A DNA stretch of 64,000 bases from Phoronis australis (GCA_002633005.1 NMRA01000264.1:273353-337352); one strand, 5' to 3'. Positions 50,454 to 63,905 are shown, counted from the first letter of the stretch. Notes: generated from the sequence alone by a model not told the origin. A program made the numbers and translations.

Positions 50454-52806
50454 CCATTGGACAGATCTAGCTCAGTGTTACTGGTTGACTAACTCAGTTG
50501 AATATGCTAGCGTTGTTTACCAGGGTAGCTGGCAATGTAGTCTTGTATTAAAAGTTCAAATCAGGGTAACAGGTATACTGGGGCTTATTTTATCACAGGC
50601 TGTATGTCTAAGTACAGCCAAGTCGTTATCATAGGTTGTGCTGCATTTTTATGTGAGCTATATGCTACGATAGACTTGACTGTATTTTCAAAGTCCCCCT
50701 GCATGGCGCAGCACCATGTTGGAAAAGTTGTGATCCAAGTTTGGAAATCTTGAGCCATGTATGAAGAGCTCACAGCCATGTTTAAAATTTTGAGCCATGT
50801 GTGAGAAGCCTGCTTTTCTGCTTTACAAGAAACAGATTGAAATTCTACTGTGATCCTTGTCTTATATTTTTTGCTGTAAAAATTACAGCAATGTTTAGGG
50901 AGAATGAAGATGGTGTGTACTGGTTTGGTCAATTAGCAGAAATGGAGATTACAGTATGAAAACGCGTTCATGCTTAAACTGGCAATAAGTTCACACCTGT
51001 CAAACAAGCTCTTGATTCGGGCCAGTAACTGTTATAAAACCAGTATGACCTTGTTCCTGACTAGTTGTGATTTTTAAGCTTAGAAAGAACTGGCTGTCGT
51101 TATTGCTGGAGACCAGTATTAAGCTGTTTGTTATGGTGGGTTAGTCTCAGTGGCCATGGTAATATTGCCATCGAGTGATTCCAAGCTTTATATTGCTACC
51201 AATTTTAATTCGAACAACGGATAAAAATACAATGCTTTAAAAGATCAAATCTATGCAGCATGGTTTATTTAAAAACAAGTTTAAAGGTCACTGTCAAACA
51301 ACTTTCATAAAATGTTTACTACCAGAAATCCAAGATACATCCATCTTAATTGAGACCACCTGGCATGTAGCCTTAGGTAAAAAGAGCCCCAGCTGTTCCT
51401 AACTTGTTTTGATTGTCGTGTGATCACTGTGACAGTTGTGATTGACATGTCATGTGATCACTGTGACAGTTGTAGTTGATAATTTAGACTTTGTAGGGAT
51501 ATTCCTGACCAGGTTTGATCCTGTGCCTTTTGGACGCACCTGATGATAAAAGTGTGCCTTTTTTCAAAAAGTTGTGCCCAGCAGAATTGGTGTATTTACA
51601 ATCAAATATTGGAAAACCTAAACAGCCCATTAACTTGGCCTCATTTTAATGAAATCTGCAACCTGTATTACCCGACTGTCTGTAAGTTGACTAGAATCTT
51701 GCATTTTTGGAAAAGTGTTCCATTTTAAAGATGCGCCTGAGGGGCACACTTCTGTAACGTACTTGCACCTTTTTATTTTGATGTGCTAAAGGCGCAAAGG
51801 CGCGGTCCAGGAATGTCCCTGGACCTTGTCATTATAACAAGGCGCACTGGAATTCAGAAAATTCTTAAAGGGTTGCTGTTGGGTTGTGAGCCTTTTAAGA
51901 ACCCCACAGCGAATAGACAATAGCTGGTAAAAGGTCAAGACGGCTTTCTTTAGACCCTAGAAACTGGCTTAAACACAAGAACATGCAAGACTTTGAGATA
52001 TTGTCATTCATTACATCTGAACCACATGATCATGCCGAACGTCTTGGTTCTATGGAACGTAATCCAGTTATCAGAATGTCAGTGACAGACTAGTATTATG
52101 TGAGAACCAACGAAGCCTGAGACTTTACTGGAGTGGCTGTTAGTGATTGGATTTGTGAGCACTGTTTAGATTATAACCATTCACAAGAGTATTTAATAGT
52201 GTATGCCTCCCAATGTTATTTATGTCACTGCTATAACATCTTGTCATTCTCAGACAAAACATTTCTTCAAATTTTTAAAAGACTTGTGACACTGTTGTGA
52301 ATAGCCACAATTTTCAACAAATTGCCTGATGCAAGCTGTGGTACAGGCAAGCATTTATTGGGACCCACTTGTCCGTAATAAAAGCATCACTTGTCGAGCA
52401 CATTGTGTCTTAAATTGAAGAGATTTTATGGTATATTTGTTATTGAAAGTGACTTCAATAATGTAGAAAGATAGTATACATGTTGTAGTGTAAGTGTTGC
52501 TGGGCCGGTATAGTGGATTAGCTTTAACATGGCAAACATATATTATTCAGTTATTGTACGATCTCTAGTGGGCAGTATTAGCAGTGTGCGTGTGGTAAAA
52601 CATTTATAGACCTCAGGAAGGAAACGAAGTTAATCGTTTGATTTCTCCCTTGTTATACTTCGGTTTTAGATTATAAACTTAACCATCATTTTATTAAGGA
52701 CTATTTTTACTGTGATCCATCGAACACAATTTTTGTTCACACACACATACTCTGTATGATGGCATTTGGGTTTGAAGTTTAATTTTCTTAATATTCTGAC
52801 TTGACC

Positions 52807-53121
52807 TGGCACATCTAGATCTGTTGGTATATAGAGCACTAAGTTTGAGTGTGGCACATTTAGATCTGTTGGTGTGTAAAGTGCTAAGCTTGTGTGTGGC
52901 ACATCTAGGTTTGTTGGTGTGTAGAGTGCTAAGCTTGAGTGTGGCACATCTAGATCTGTTGGTGGGTAGAATGCTAAGCTTGAGTGTGGCACATCTAGAT
53001 ATGTTGGTGTGTAAAGTGCTAAGCTTGAGTGTGGTACATCTAGATCTGTTGGTGTGTAAAGTGCTAAGCTTGAGTGTGGCACATCTAGATCTGTTGGTGT
53101 GTAGAGCACTGAGCTTGAGTG
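52807..53121. repeat. Minisatellite, 45-bp unit x7, downstream of the PTP stop
   Basis: tggcacatctagatctgttggtgtgtaaagtgctaagcttgagtg x7; generates the repetitive ORFs at 52666-53282. Confidence 0.95.
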
Positions 53122-54445
53122 AAGTTTTGATTTTGACCAGTAGTCCAGGCCCACGACTGGTCTCCAACGTATTGGTAGAAATCAAAACTTCAAATTGTTT
53201 TATAATAGAGGCAGCTGGGCTAGGATGCAATTGTGGTGAAAACAGATTTCAAGTTTTATGTGTTAAAACTTTTTTGATTTAAAGCTGCTGTAAATCTGGT
53301 TTCAATCAAAAAGTTAACTTTTGGTTTATATTTCGTGAATTCCTTGTCCCTTGTACAAATTATTAATGGTTTCTGAGCTGTGAAAGACCTGACATCTGTT
53401 ATTGCGTGAGACAAGGCTTTATAGGTTGGCACGATCTTGCAGGTTATTTTATGCCGTTTAGATCCATTTCATAAGGGTAAGTTGTTAAAACCAGGTCCAT
53501 TGCAGCTTTGAATTAAATAATTCAAAATCATTTTTTGTTGTCTATTCTTAGTTGAAAGCTTTTCGTGACCATCAAATTAAAATGCCTCAATCTAGGCTTC
53601 TCTTTTATGGTCACCATTGTAAAAAATAGATTGTTGTAAATCTCTAAAGTGCATATAATTATGTTAATGAGTTATCTGTGATTAGTAAACGCTTAGACAG
53701 TCCAGTGTTACTGAAAGGAAGCATTTTTGAAATGAAATATATCGTCATGACATATTTTATGCATGCAAAATTATTATGAATTGTTTATTGTTAAGTTGTG
53801 CACAAATTTGAATTGTAGTTGTTTGAAACTCTAATAGAATGTGATATGCTATGGACGACTCGTTAATGGTTCACATACAATTGTATTTATTTACTTATTT
53901 ATTATGATTATTGACAACTGTTCTATATCAGTGTTAAGTTATTCATTGTGATTGTTAGGTGTTTCAGCAAAGGTTGACTTGGTTGAGAAGTGAATAATAA
54001 ACTTATGAAGTGAGCTTGACTTTTATCATCTGTGTGAAAAGCAGTAATTTCATCTCATCTGTCATATACCGGTACATTGATTGGCCATATGCATGAGTCA
54101 CTGTCATATACCGGTACATTGATTGGCCATATGCATGAGTCACTGGTCGATGTAGGATGAGGGGACCCAACCACAATTTCGTAGGGAAAATACCTGCGTA
54201 AAAGCTGAAAATGCCTGTGACAGTGTGTGGTATCTTTTTGGCTCTTAGTCTGTTAAGAATTCTTATCGACATTATTACCGCCATCTTGCTATCAGTTTTT
54301 AAGTTCATAAAAATAATGTGCTGCGTAGTCGACTGTGACTGTTTCTAGGACCCGGTGTATTTTATTGTCGTGGCGGAACACTTTGTACATCGCCGTGATC
54401 TCTTTTAAGAGATCAAGCCGATAAACCTTAAAAGGTTGGAATTAT

Positions 54446-54997
54446 TAACTCGCGGTAGGGCCACCCATGCTGGTCAGATCGAAAGGTATAGATTTGACGA
54501 AGTGCACCCCAACACTCCCTGGGGTCACACGAGGGTTGGGCGTAAGGCCAACTTCCTTAACTTGTAAAGAAACACTGGGTGGCAAGTACCCTACAAAGAC
54601 AACTCGGGACTTTAAACTTGGCCAGTCTGGGCTCATCAGCCATGTTAGGCAACCGGTCCGGCGGCTAGGACACTTCTAAATAATGCATTACATGGTATAA
54701 GCTGCCATGAAGAGGCGGCCAACCATTTGGCGAAGGGCAGCTGGGAGACCTGTGCTTGTATCAATCATCCTGCAAAAGAGAACCAGATCTGCACACATTC
54801 TACCCTCCATGGCCATGCAAAAGGATATTCAACGGTATGGTGCTCGTCCCGTGGTTCGCCAGATGGTGACGGCGCCGTCTTCTCGGCCTCGAAAGGATCT
54901 GTAGTGTCCAGCAGGCACTCCGACTGACAGAGGACTTTGCCCAGAAGATCGGACTGAACATTTAAACTGCATGGCCGACAACGTTGAAGAAGAAGAA
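54446..54997 (+). mobile_element. Short non-LTR retroelement derivative with (GAA)n tail
   Basis: The 5' part (ggtagggccacccatgctgg...gggttgggcgtaaggccaac) resembles RTE-type 5' UTRs. The 3' part encodes ...ALRLTEDFAQKIGLNI* then taaactgcatggcc...gaagaagaagaa, like I-group (Ingi/Nimb) LINE ends. Confidence 0.5.
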
Positions 54998-56694
54998 TTC
55001 AACTGCGGAAGCCACTTGGCTAGACATCACCAAAAATTCTAAAATTAAACTAAAAAATTAAAAATTCAAGATGAATTCTGTTCATTTGGAAAAAAGGCAT
55101 TTGCCGGGAAGTAAGTTTGGACTCGCGGCATGATTATGAAGTTTTTGAATAAAATGAAGTGGGCGTTTTAGAAAAAGTTGAAAACTTGATTCGTGTGCGA
55201 AAGTGGTACAAAAAAGCACAATTAAATATGAGCTGTTTTCTAGTAGGAGTTTAAACATAACGTGATTTGTGGTGGAAACCGGAACTTTACTGAAAAAGAG
55301 TTCTCTGGCTGTAAGAAAGCGAGGGGACGACCTCTCCCCGTGTTCGACGGCAATCCTCGTTTCAGATGTCTTTGAAGTGTACACTGTTTTCCCCAAATAA
55401 ACGAATGCATTTTCGTTTACGGGGATTTGTCACTTCCCTGAAAACATATTAGCCCTGAAATTCCTAAAAAGAAAGGAGAAATTTGACAAGCATAGAATGG
55501 TTAAGTTGATAGCCGCCCTTATAGTTTCAGCGGGGTGAAACAAAGTAAATGAGATGTTCCAGTAAATGTCTTGAACCATCGACCCACACAGAGAGACAAC
55601 ACGTTTACTTGCCTAAGCCTTTGACCATAACTTTCAAAGTTGGCCAGAGACCTCATTCACACCAAGAAAAACGCAAATTGATTAGCACGTGTTCATCTGA
55701 AAATTTGTTCACAAGAAACTGGTGTGCACTTTAAGTAAAATTCAGAGCTTGGTTTATGACTGACTGACACAAATACCTGCTCCAATGCCGGCGGATCTAG
55801 GGTATTCCTATATTCTAAGGTTGCAACTAAAAAGGGAAAATGTCCGCGTAGTGCCTGAAGCTTTAAAAATAGCATGCCCGGCCGACAGCGTTTATTGTTG
55901 CCTTGGGAATGTGGCACATGGTCCTCGCTACATCCGTCTATATAAGTCCAATGTCGGATTAACGACAACATCATAGCAGAATTCAAGAAGCATATGCTAC
56001 GTATCCGCACTTTCTGGGCCCCGCATTCACAAAAGTTCAGGAGCACCAATACTATTAACTTGTACATATGAACGCACTCACCTCAGGTGATGCGAACCCC
56101 GCGATTTGGAAAGTTTCTGTTGGGGCCCCGTCATTTTTGTGCTTTATTTTTTAACTATTCTTAAGTTTATGCTGGGTATGCTAAAATACAGAGCGGTATA
56201 TCTGCAAAATTTAAATTTGCACAAAATGTACGTATTTGACAAAGGTAGCATCTTGATAATTGGCACAAGTGCCAGAGAAGCAATAGATTGTGTGCGAATT
56301 ATCGTGAAATCGTGCAGTTCGATCGACAGCTAGCGTTTAAACCCGTTGGACCCATTGTCTTACCATGTAGAAGCCGTTCCAGTACTTCCCTTCTCAAAAG
56401 TGAAAATTGCGTCTATTTTGCTTTTGCTTTGAGATAATTGTTGTGTGAGTATTTGAGTAGGGCCCCGCGATTCGGCTTATGCTAAAGGCCTCGCCCTTGG
56501 TAATCTGTAGCTGTCTGAGTCCTGAAAACATATAACGCATGGACAGAATTTGTCGAATAATAGGAAAGATTTTTACTTTTCTCTTTGCCCGTTCGATTAT
56601 TTACAAGAATTCTAAATGTGAACCGACGAGAACGGATTTTTACAAATCGAAACGGAGCAATTAAGCCCTCTCAATGCAATTAGTATTTTAATAC

Positions 56695-56910
56695 CATGCG
56701 CGCACCCAGGAGGGCCCGGGTTACCCGAATGAGCCCCCCATTTGGCGAAGTGGACCTGCGAGAAACAAAAAGTCCGAGAAAATGTGTCCACTAAACAACA
56801 AGCGCCCGTTTTTTTTTGTTCTTTTTTTAGTCCGCCGGCTATTTTGTTACCAATAGGTCCATAACGTTAGGAATTCGAGCCCCCCATACTGAAGGCTGGG
56901 TGCAAGCATG
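56695..56910. mobile_element. MITE with 5-bp TSD
   Basis: aatac|catgcgcgcacccag ... ctgggtgcaagcatg|aatac. Confidence 0.75.
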
Positions 56911-57171
56911 AATACTAAAAAAAGAACTTTTTTAGGATAAATGAAATGCATGTGTGTCTACATGCACGGTGCTTAGCAGTCATTGTTTCTGTGCAAATTT
57001 AGAAAACTACACACTCAATTCAACAGACAAATCCCGCCTCCCAGAGGTGCCAACTACTCATTGCCGACTATGGGTTTTCACATGGATTTTCCGAATGAGG
57101 ACACACTGGAGACTCTTGAGATTTTCAACAGCATTATCGTGGCAGACGTCAGGCCGATGACTGGTTTATTC

Positions 57172-57416
57172 GGACCCTGCCTGCTATATGTCTCGTCACG
57201 CACGGTTGCATAGAATACAATTTGGTTCTATAAGTTACCAGTGAAGCTGATTCCTGAACTGCAATTGAACTCGATTAGATAACGATAAAAGGGACCCTGC
57301 CTGCTATATGTCTCGTCACGCACGGTTGCATAGAATACAATTTGGTTCTATAAGTTACCAGTGAAGCTGATTCCTGAACTGCAATTGAACTCGATTAGAT
57401 AACGATAAAAGGGACC
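57172..57416. repeat. Tandem duplication, 120 bp x2
   Basis: ggaccctgcctgctatatgtctcgtcacg...gataaaag repeated at 57172 and 57292. Confidence 0.93.
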
Positions 57417-58399
57417 GTAGTGATAAATAAATGCGTGCATGACCTTTCTCAACTGCCGGATCGCCAGTGGTGCGCAAGCACATGACATGTGACTTCCTTA
57501 GGCTGCACTACACGTTGAAATCGAACAAAATAAAGTGAAGATAGTTTTAGTGACTATTCATTGACGGATAGGCCTAATTATCCGCTGTCAAAATTTCGGA
57601 CACTACGAATTGATGTTTACGTAGACAACAATTTCGTTTTCAGAAATTGAACAATTCTGTTTCCAGATGCTCGGTTCAACGAGAAATTAATAGAATGGGT
57701 CTCAGAAATAAAAAAGAAGAGAATAATTTTAACATGTCTTAAAATTAGCTAATGTCTGTTGACTGACTTCAATTGCTCCTCAACACTGTGGTATTTTTTA
57801 ACCTTAAACAGTCATCATGCAGATTAAAGGCTGTTGGCAAATTCATTCTTTGAATAAAATATAGAATTTGGGGATACATGGGGATTTAAAGTCAGCAGTA
57901 CAATAAATGTGCTTGTAATCAAATGCTCAAGAACCTATTCTTGTTCATTGATAATCGTAATGATTACGCAAACCGTATCATGTTTGAACCACGATAAGAG
58001 GTACCTTTCTTTAGCAAAGCCCTGACTGCGTTCCGTAGACACAAGACACCGGCGAGAGGAAAGTTATAGTGATCACATGCTTTGCTCGCAAGGCCTAACG
58101 AGATCTCAGGGATTTGCGTGATCTTGTATTTCCCCCCAGGTCCACGTCTACGATACGTATCCCCCGCCTGGTCCGCTGAGAGCACGAAACACGGGCACAC
58201 CCGGGGGTGACCTTTCCTTTGGTTATCATGAAAACTAAACATTGAAATCATAACCCAGCGACGATAGCGACCGTGTCATTTGCACGTAGACATAGGGACA
58301 AGATTTCAAATGCTGCTACTCCACATTAGTTTACCAGTTTAAACAAAGTTTTAGTGGGCCTATACGGCATATGAACTTTGTCAGGCCGGATCGTCGACT

Positions 58400-58561
58400 A
58401 TGAGCGAGCCACTCCACACAGGTGACGATGCCTACTGGCCACTTTGGGTGAACGTGACGGTGCCAATTATATGCGTAGTAGTCTTCTTCGCAACGTTGGC
58501 CATACTTACGTACTTCAAATACAAAGTTCCTGTCGACAGTGCAACGCAAACCACGGAAAAG
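58400..58561 (+). CDS. Unrecognised single-pass membrane protein, exon with TM helix
   Basis: ATG with A at -3; MSEPLHTGDDAYWPLWVNVTVPIICVVVFFATLAILTYFKYKVPVDSATQTTEK|gtacag; hydrophobic helix followed by KYK; phase 0 exit. Confidence 0.7.
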
Positions 58562-60497
58562 GTACAGTATTTATCCGAATAATCGCAAATTGAACGTAAT
58601 TAATGAATTCTTTAATGAACCAATAAAATAATTCAGGATGACGTGTTATTTTTGGAAATTAATCGTCATTTAATTCTGAACCGTTCGACTGTAGCCTGAT
58701 TGAATGTGTAATGGGCATTGACGGCTATGTAGGACCTTATTATTGACAAATTGGCATTCCATTCAGTTACGTATCTACAAAACTGTACAATTCAACTCAG
58801 TTAAAGTATATGTTTTCCGTACAGAAGGAAGCCTGTAGAACTTGTTACTTTTTACCAATAATATTATTTCGTTGATTGGCACATTCACTCGGTGTCTAAC
58901 AAAAACCGAAATGTACATCGAGCAAAACAATAGTGTCAAAAATACGACTAAACTTTGTTAATGTTAAACGTTCAATACAAAATTTCATAAAACGCTGTTA
59001 AATTTCTTTAAATTATCGATTCGTTTTCGTTCAATGCAACTTTTAACCTTTTCCATAAAAATAATAAGAGTCCTACCCTTCAGTTGACGGAAAAAGGTGA
59101 TCGTTTTAAAACAATCCCCAACATCGCTTTAGCGACAGTACTGACGTAAAGCATAATGTCTGGAAATTCCATTTTTCGCAAGTTAGCAACCAAATTTGTT
59201 GGGACTTACGTAACCTTAAATGATGGGTTCACACTCAACTGCATCTTAAGTGAAACAATTTACACAACTGCCCCCGGCCGGGCCAATTTCTCACTAGGGC
59301 ATGTAATTGCTACAAAAATTAATTTCCAATGCTGAAACTTCGGTACTCACCTGAGTGAAATTTCAAGTCCCTCCTTACGTTAGGTTTACAGAGCTGCGCT
59401 ACGTTCGCACAGTGAACTATGACCCCTTAGAGTTGCTGTACGAGCTCTCAAGCTCTGGTCATGTTTATTATTGTGAAATGTAAAGGCCATCACAAGTGCG
59501 CCGACCTGTGAACTACGCCGGTTTGTGCTTACAACCGCCATGGCCGGCTGTCTCTGGTCATTCACTTTCCTAACTATGATAACCTCCCAGTCTCAAGGGG
59601 TCTCCCAATGTACGGGATAGTGTACAAAAGTAGGCCTACCGTCGAAATCACTGAGTAGGGTTTCCTCGTCTTTTTCGAGGCACTCAGGTAAGGGAATCGA
59701 TGCAGTGGCTTTTTTTGCAATATTTAGCATGGAGTCCACGAGTACAGTGGACGAGAAACAACAGCACAAACTAGATCGGTTTCACTATCAAACCTCCCAA
59801 TCTCATGGATTCTCCCACGCCGGGTACGGGCGAGTGCACAACTACCGTACGTCGAAATCAGAAGATTTTTCTCATATTTTTCGAGGAACTCAGGTAAGTG
59901 TAACAATGCAGTAGCTTTTTTCAATGTGGTATGGACAAGGTAGAAGGGAAAATCCAGTGTTGCGCCGCTGACACAGAATTGTGTGNTTTACACATTTGCC
60001 AAAGCTCTAGGCAGCGGGCCCATGACCAGCCGTAGATTGGCCCCAGGACGTGGCCTCTATCATTCCTGCACCAATGAAGAAAATTCTAAGTTTGTATATG
60101 TTAGTTCAAGTTAATTGTGTCAGACTCATGACGTACGTGTATTAGTAATTATTAAACCAATTTTACCTAACCATGCACTACCGCGTAGGCCTACCCTGGC
60201 TTCACAATTTCTGACCCTCTGGTACCTCTGTGATGCACATTCATTACTTATATATTTATATATTATAGTTTTATTCGTACGTACTTTGTGTACTTTTTTG
60301 TCAATTCGCCAACCACGTACGATTCCTTTGTAACGAACATGTGACGCATCGTGGGCGGGGCAAATGTCCCCTTTGCAAAATGTTGCTTTCGATCCTGGCG
60401 CCAGCGACCGACAACAACACCTATATCTATGAATGTACGAATGTGCAAGGCTGTATGTATGATCTGTATAGCGTGTAATCTTTCACATAAATTATAG

Positions 60498-60761
60498 GAC
60501 CTTTCTGGAAAAGACAATCCAAGCTTCATCCCGCCGGAGGATGAGGAAAAGACTGAAGAACCGACTGATGGAAATGCTAATGTGTGTGTCCTTGTCACCC
60601 GCGAAAGCCACAACTCAAAGCAAAAAGATTGTAATGTGTACGTCGCTGCCAAATGTGAAAACCACGGCAACCCTGGACAAAAATGTAACGTGAGCGTCGC
60701 TGTCACTTGTGAAAACCACGAGAACCCTAAACAGGAATGTAATATGACCACAGAGCTCTAA
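60498..60761 (+). CDS. Unrecognised single-pass membrane protein, terminal exon with three 18-aa Cys/His repeats
   Basis: ttatag|GAC; DLSGKDNPSFIPPEDEEKTEEPTDGNANVCVLVTRESHNSKQKDCNVYVAAKCENHGNPGQKCNVSVAVTCENHENPKQECNMTTEL*; AATAAA at 60770-60775. Confidence 0.7.
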   Translation, partial: DLSGKDNPSFIPPEDEEKTEEPTDGNANVCVLVTRESHNSKQKDCNVYVAAKCENHGNPGQKCNVSVAVTCENHENPKQECNMTTEL

Positions 60762-63121
60762 CTTAACCCAATAAAATGAAAATAGAACGACACCAAGATG
60801 AAACGAGGGAAAGACGTCATGTATACCTACATTTGTAAAGCCCTGTTTACCTAACTAAAACAAACCGACTCGGGCCTTTTACTCTCATAAGCTCTCTTTT
60901 AATATTAATTACTGTAATAGGAGTCTATTTCCGTTACCAACAAGAATATGGAAACCATCAGCGATTGCCAAAAAAAAAACGTTTTAGTCTACGGGAATTG
61001 GCAAACTTGGCCATAAAATTGCGCATTGAAAAACGACGTTTATAGCGGAAATGGAAGCGGCCTGTCACGGGAAGGAATATTACCACACCCATTTTATGAG
61101 AGTAGGCTACTAGAAGGAAGAATTGGATTTTCATTTTTAGTCAGCTAAACAGAGCGAAACGCTATTTTAAATTAGATACCAACGCATGTACCCAAACTCG
61201 AGTTACCCTTCAAACTAGGAATACAATTGTCATGCGATTTGCTATTCTTGTTCATTCGTTCCATGTGGATCATGATTTGCGATTTTAACCCCGCAGCCTG
61301 ACAAAGTGCAAGCACATGTAGACAGCCTTGTAGAGGCAGCAATAGCTACAGTGTATGGTATGTAAACAACGCGTTGGAACGTTAGACAATTGACATTTTC
61401 ACGACCGGTTGATTGAAAAGTAACCACACGTCAGGAACTACGAAATAATAGTCTGTGACCTTATAAAAGGCATATTTAGGAATTGTGAATCAAAATAAGA
61501 TTCAGTTACTGGACAAAATGGTAATGACCAATAAACACATAGAGAATACAGGAACTTGAACATCTGAATGATTGAAATTTTTATCATCATTGTAAAAACG
61601 TTTGTTTCTATGCCAAAACCCAACTTAATAACAGCTATAAGCCAAAATCTGAGAACAGTGCGTCCTACATTTTTAACCTTCGAGATGAATATTCTGCCTT
61701 TGTTTTGAGGTGGGTTTTATTGGGCTACACAAAATGATAAAACAATAACACAGAATTTAATGATTTTTTTTGCATGAGAAATGTAAATGCTCAGAACAAT
61801 TGCAAACAAAGCAGACGACATTTTCAAGTCATTAAAAAAAGAGACATTTCTTCTGCCAAAACAGAGTGCGGGTTTCCGCTTGGTTTCATGATAATTGATC
61901 TTGCACACCTTTCAAAATTCTTCACAGGTGAGCTTCTCCCTCTTTCAGTAGGTTGCAAGTGTTGTAAGTGTACCACTACTTTCAGCAAAGAAAACCAAAG
62001 GAGACAAGAAAAAGTAAGGTAAAAAATTGTCAGTTTAGGACACAGAACGGTGGACAGATGAAATTTTGATTTTGTCAAATTTCTCAACAAAAATTAACTT
62101 TTCAAGGAAATTTACTTACTTTTAGCATGGTCTGTATGGCGTAGCTATTAACAAACATTTGATGAAATTTTGTGCATTTGTAACAATGTAGTAAACCACT
62201 GAAAACTAGAAATTTGTTAATTCTATCAGTTATTTTTGTCCCAAATTGAAGATTTTTTACCGCACATTACAGTATTATAGCTAAGGTTACTTTTCTGTAT
62301 TTTATGAATTATCATTTTAATATTTCTAAATTAACACTTTTTAAGATTTGAACATCCTATTCAAGGTCACAAGGACAATTTCCAAGAATGTTTGTGTAAC
62401 TTAATATTATCTGTTTCAAATTAATATTTTTTCGCATCTGCATGAAAATAATGTTCATCAATTTTTGCTAATCAGCTGTGATTTTGCGAATTGGCATTTT
62501 ACCAAGATAACTGAAAGACTCACTTTGGACAATACAGCTCTTATCATTCTAATTTTTCTTGATATTTCGTACTAGCTGATCAAACCAAAGTGTTTTTTTG
62601 GAAGCTAACACAAAAAGATGGCACTGAAAAAAGATCAAAAGTTTATTATGTTATCAGCTTGTGTTACAAATATATAATTACAGAATAAATACGTCAGAAG
62701 TCTAGTTTGTTTGTCCTTGAACCACTTGCACAAGACATCTCCCCAGATTTGGGTAAGACAGAGTCCTCTTGAGTTCGACTGACAGTTTCGGATAACTCTG
62801 GAGGAAGATGGAGTTTCTGAAGACGGAATACAATGAACATCATTACCTGACACAAGTAAAATGACAAACAGCTGTAGTAACTGATGCATAAAACAAAAGC
62901 CGAACTACGAGAACACGAGAACCTCCACCAATGTAAAACAAAAAATCCTTTCTCACAAGGTGCTCGAGCTATGCCCTTAGACCCTGTTCTCTGAGACATC
63001 ATGTATGAACACAAAACATTGAAGCACAGAGGATCACTAAGTCAGTTACAGGGACAACTATATCATATAATCAAACGGTCTCATAGGATGCTAATAGATC
63101 GACTAAATAATGACATAGATT

Positions 63122-63160
63122 TCAGATTGGTCCCTCATGGGGATATGGCAACAATGTGAA
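63122..63160 (-). CDS. Candidate terminal exon of the minus-strand gene
   Basis: gtaattttcag|TTC, phase 0: FTLLPYPHEGPI*. An alternative phase 0 terminal exon exists at 62694-62816, so this call is ambiguous. Confidence 0.35.
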   Translation of the reverse strand, partial: FTLLPYPHEGPI

Positions 63161-63575
63161 CTGAAAATTACACTAGTAGAGAAATGGGCCAATGGGATGA
63201 ACAGCAGTTCAGACAACCATGATTAAAGTTAAAGTGACCACAAACCAACATTCTGTTTATGAATCAATTTTTTTTATCTAGACCACTTGCCAATACAAGT
63301 GGGTGTCAATTTGTTCCTTACTAACAGATGAAAAGTGATGTGCGGGTTTGCAAAAAAACTGAACATTCATTATTCCATACAATGGATACAACGACATGCT
63401 GTGACAAGCCAGTCTAGGTTTGGACCAATAATGAACAGGCGGTACTTTCAAAGCCATCAAATCATCTAAGTAACAACAATTTATGTCCAATTTCACAACA
63501 GTAAGTGATCTAAATCAAAATTTGGCTTTTGTGACGGATGACGGGTTTACAGACATTAGGACTAATCACCAATAC

Positions 63576-63682
63576 CTCAATAGTGAATTTTTTCCTCCTC
63601 AGTTTAAATGCCAAATCCCATGATTCGGGCATGTGGCAAGTTAAACTGTTTAACCGTGGAAGTTTGCGCAGCTTGAACAAAC
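63576..63682 (-). CDS. Exon of an unidentified minus-strand gene
   Basis: tttcaatttcag|GT...GAG|gtattg, phase 1-0; GLFKLRKLPRLNSLTCHMPESWDLAFKLRRKKFTIE. Confidence 0.6.
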
Positions 63683-63868
63683 CTGAAATTGAAAAATGGA
63701 CCATTGTTTGAAAAAAAAAGATGACAGACCACATGGTAAGAGAAAAGATGTCTTTTTAAACAGCCCTGTGTGTCAAAAGTTTGTATTATCATACTATCTT
63801 GAGTGAGATGCTTCACAGCTCAGAGTCTCAGTTAAAATAAGCTGCTGGGATACGTGGCCCTGGCTCAC

Positions 63869-63905
63869 CTTCTGGGAAACGTGCTCGTGTCTTCTCATAG
63901 GGGAA
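63869..63905 (-). CDS. Exon of an unidentified minus-strand gene
   Basis: acaacag|TTC...G|gtgagc, 37 nt, phase 0-1; FPYEKTRARFPE; preceded by a donor at 63991 (...NNK|gtaatc). Confidence 0.6.

Noticed and set aside
50451-50492. Stop-codon readthrough or selenocysteine at the PTP TGA-C
   Set aside because: The stop is at the expected end of the domain, the context is not TGA-CTA, the extension is short and no SECIS was seen.
52666-53282. Long ORFs in three frames with repeated peptides (e.g. TPTDLDVPHSSLALY)
   Set aside because: Produced by a stop-free 45-bp minisatellite; open on both strands and no splice or homology support.
63278-63496. Minus-strand ORF as an extra exon (DLMALKVPPVHYWSKP...)
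   Set aside because: Phase 1 entry is incompatible with the strong phase 0 donor at 63575 and would need a weak alternative donor.
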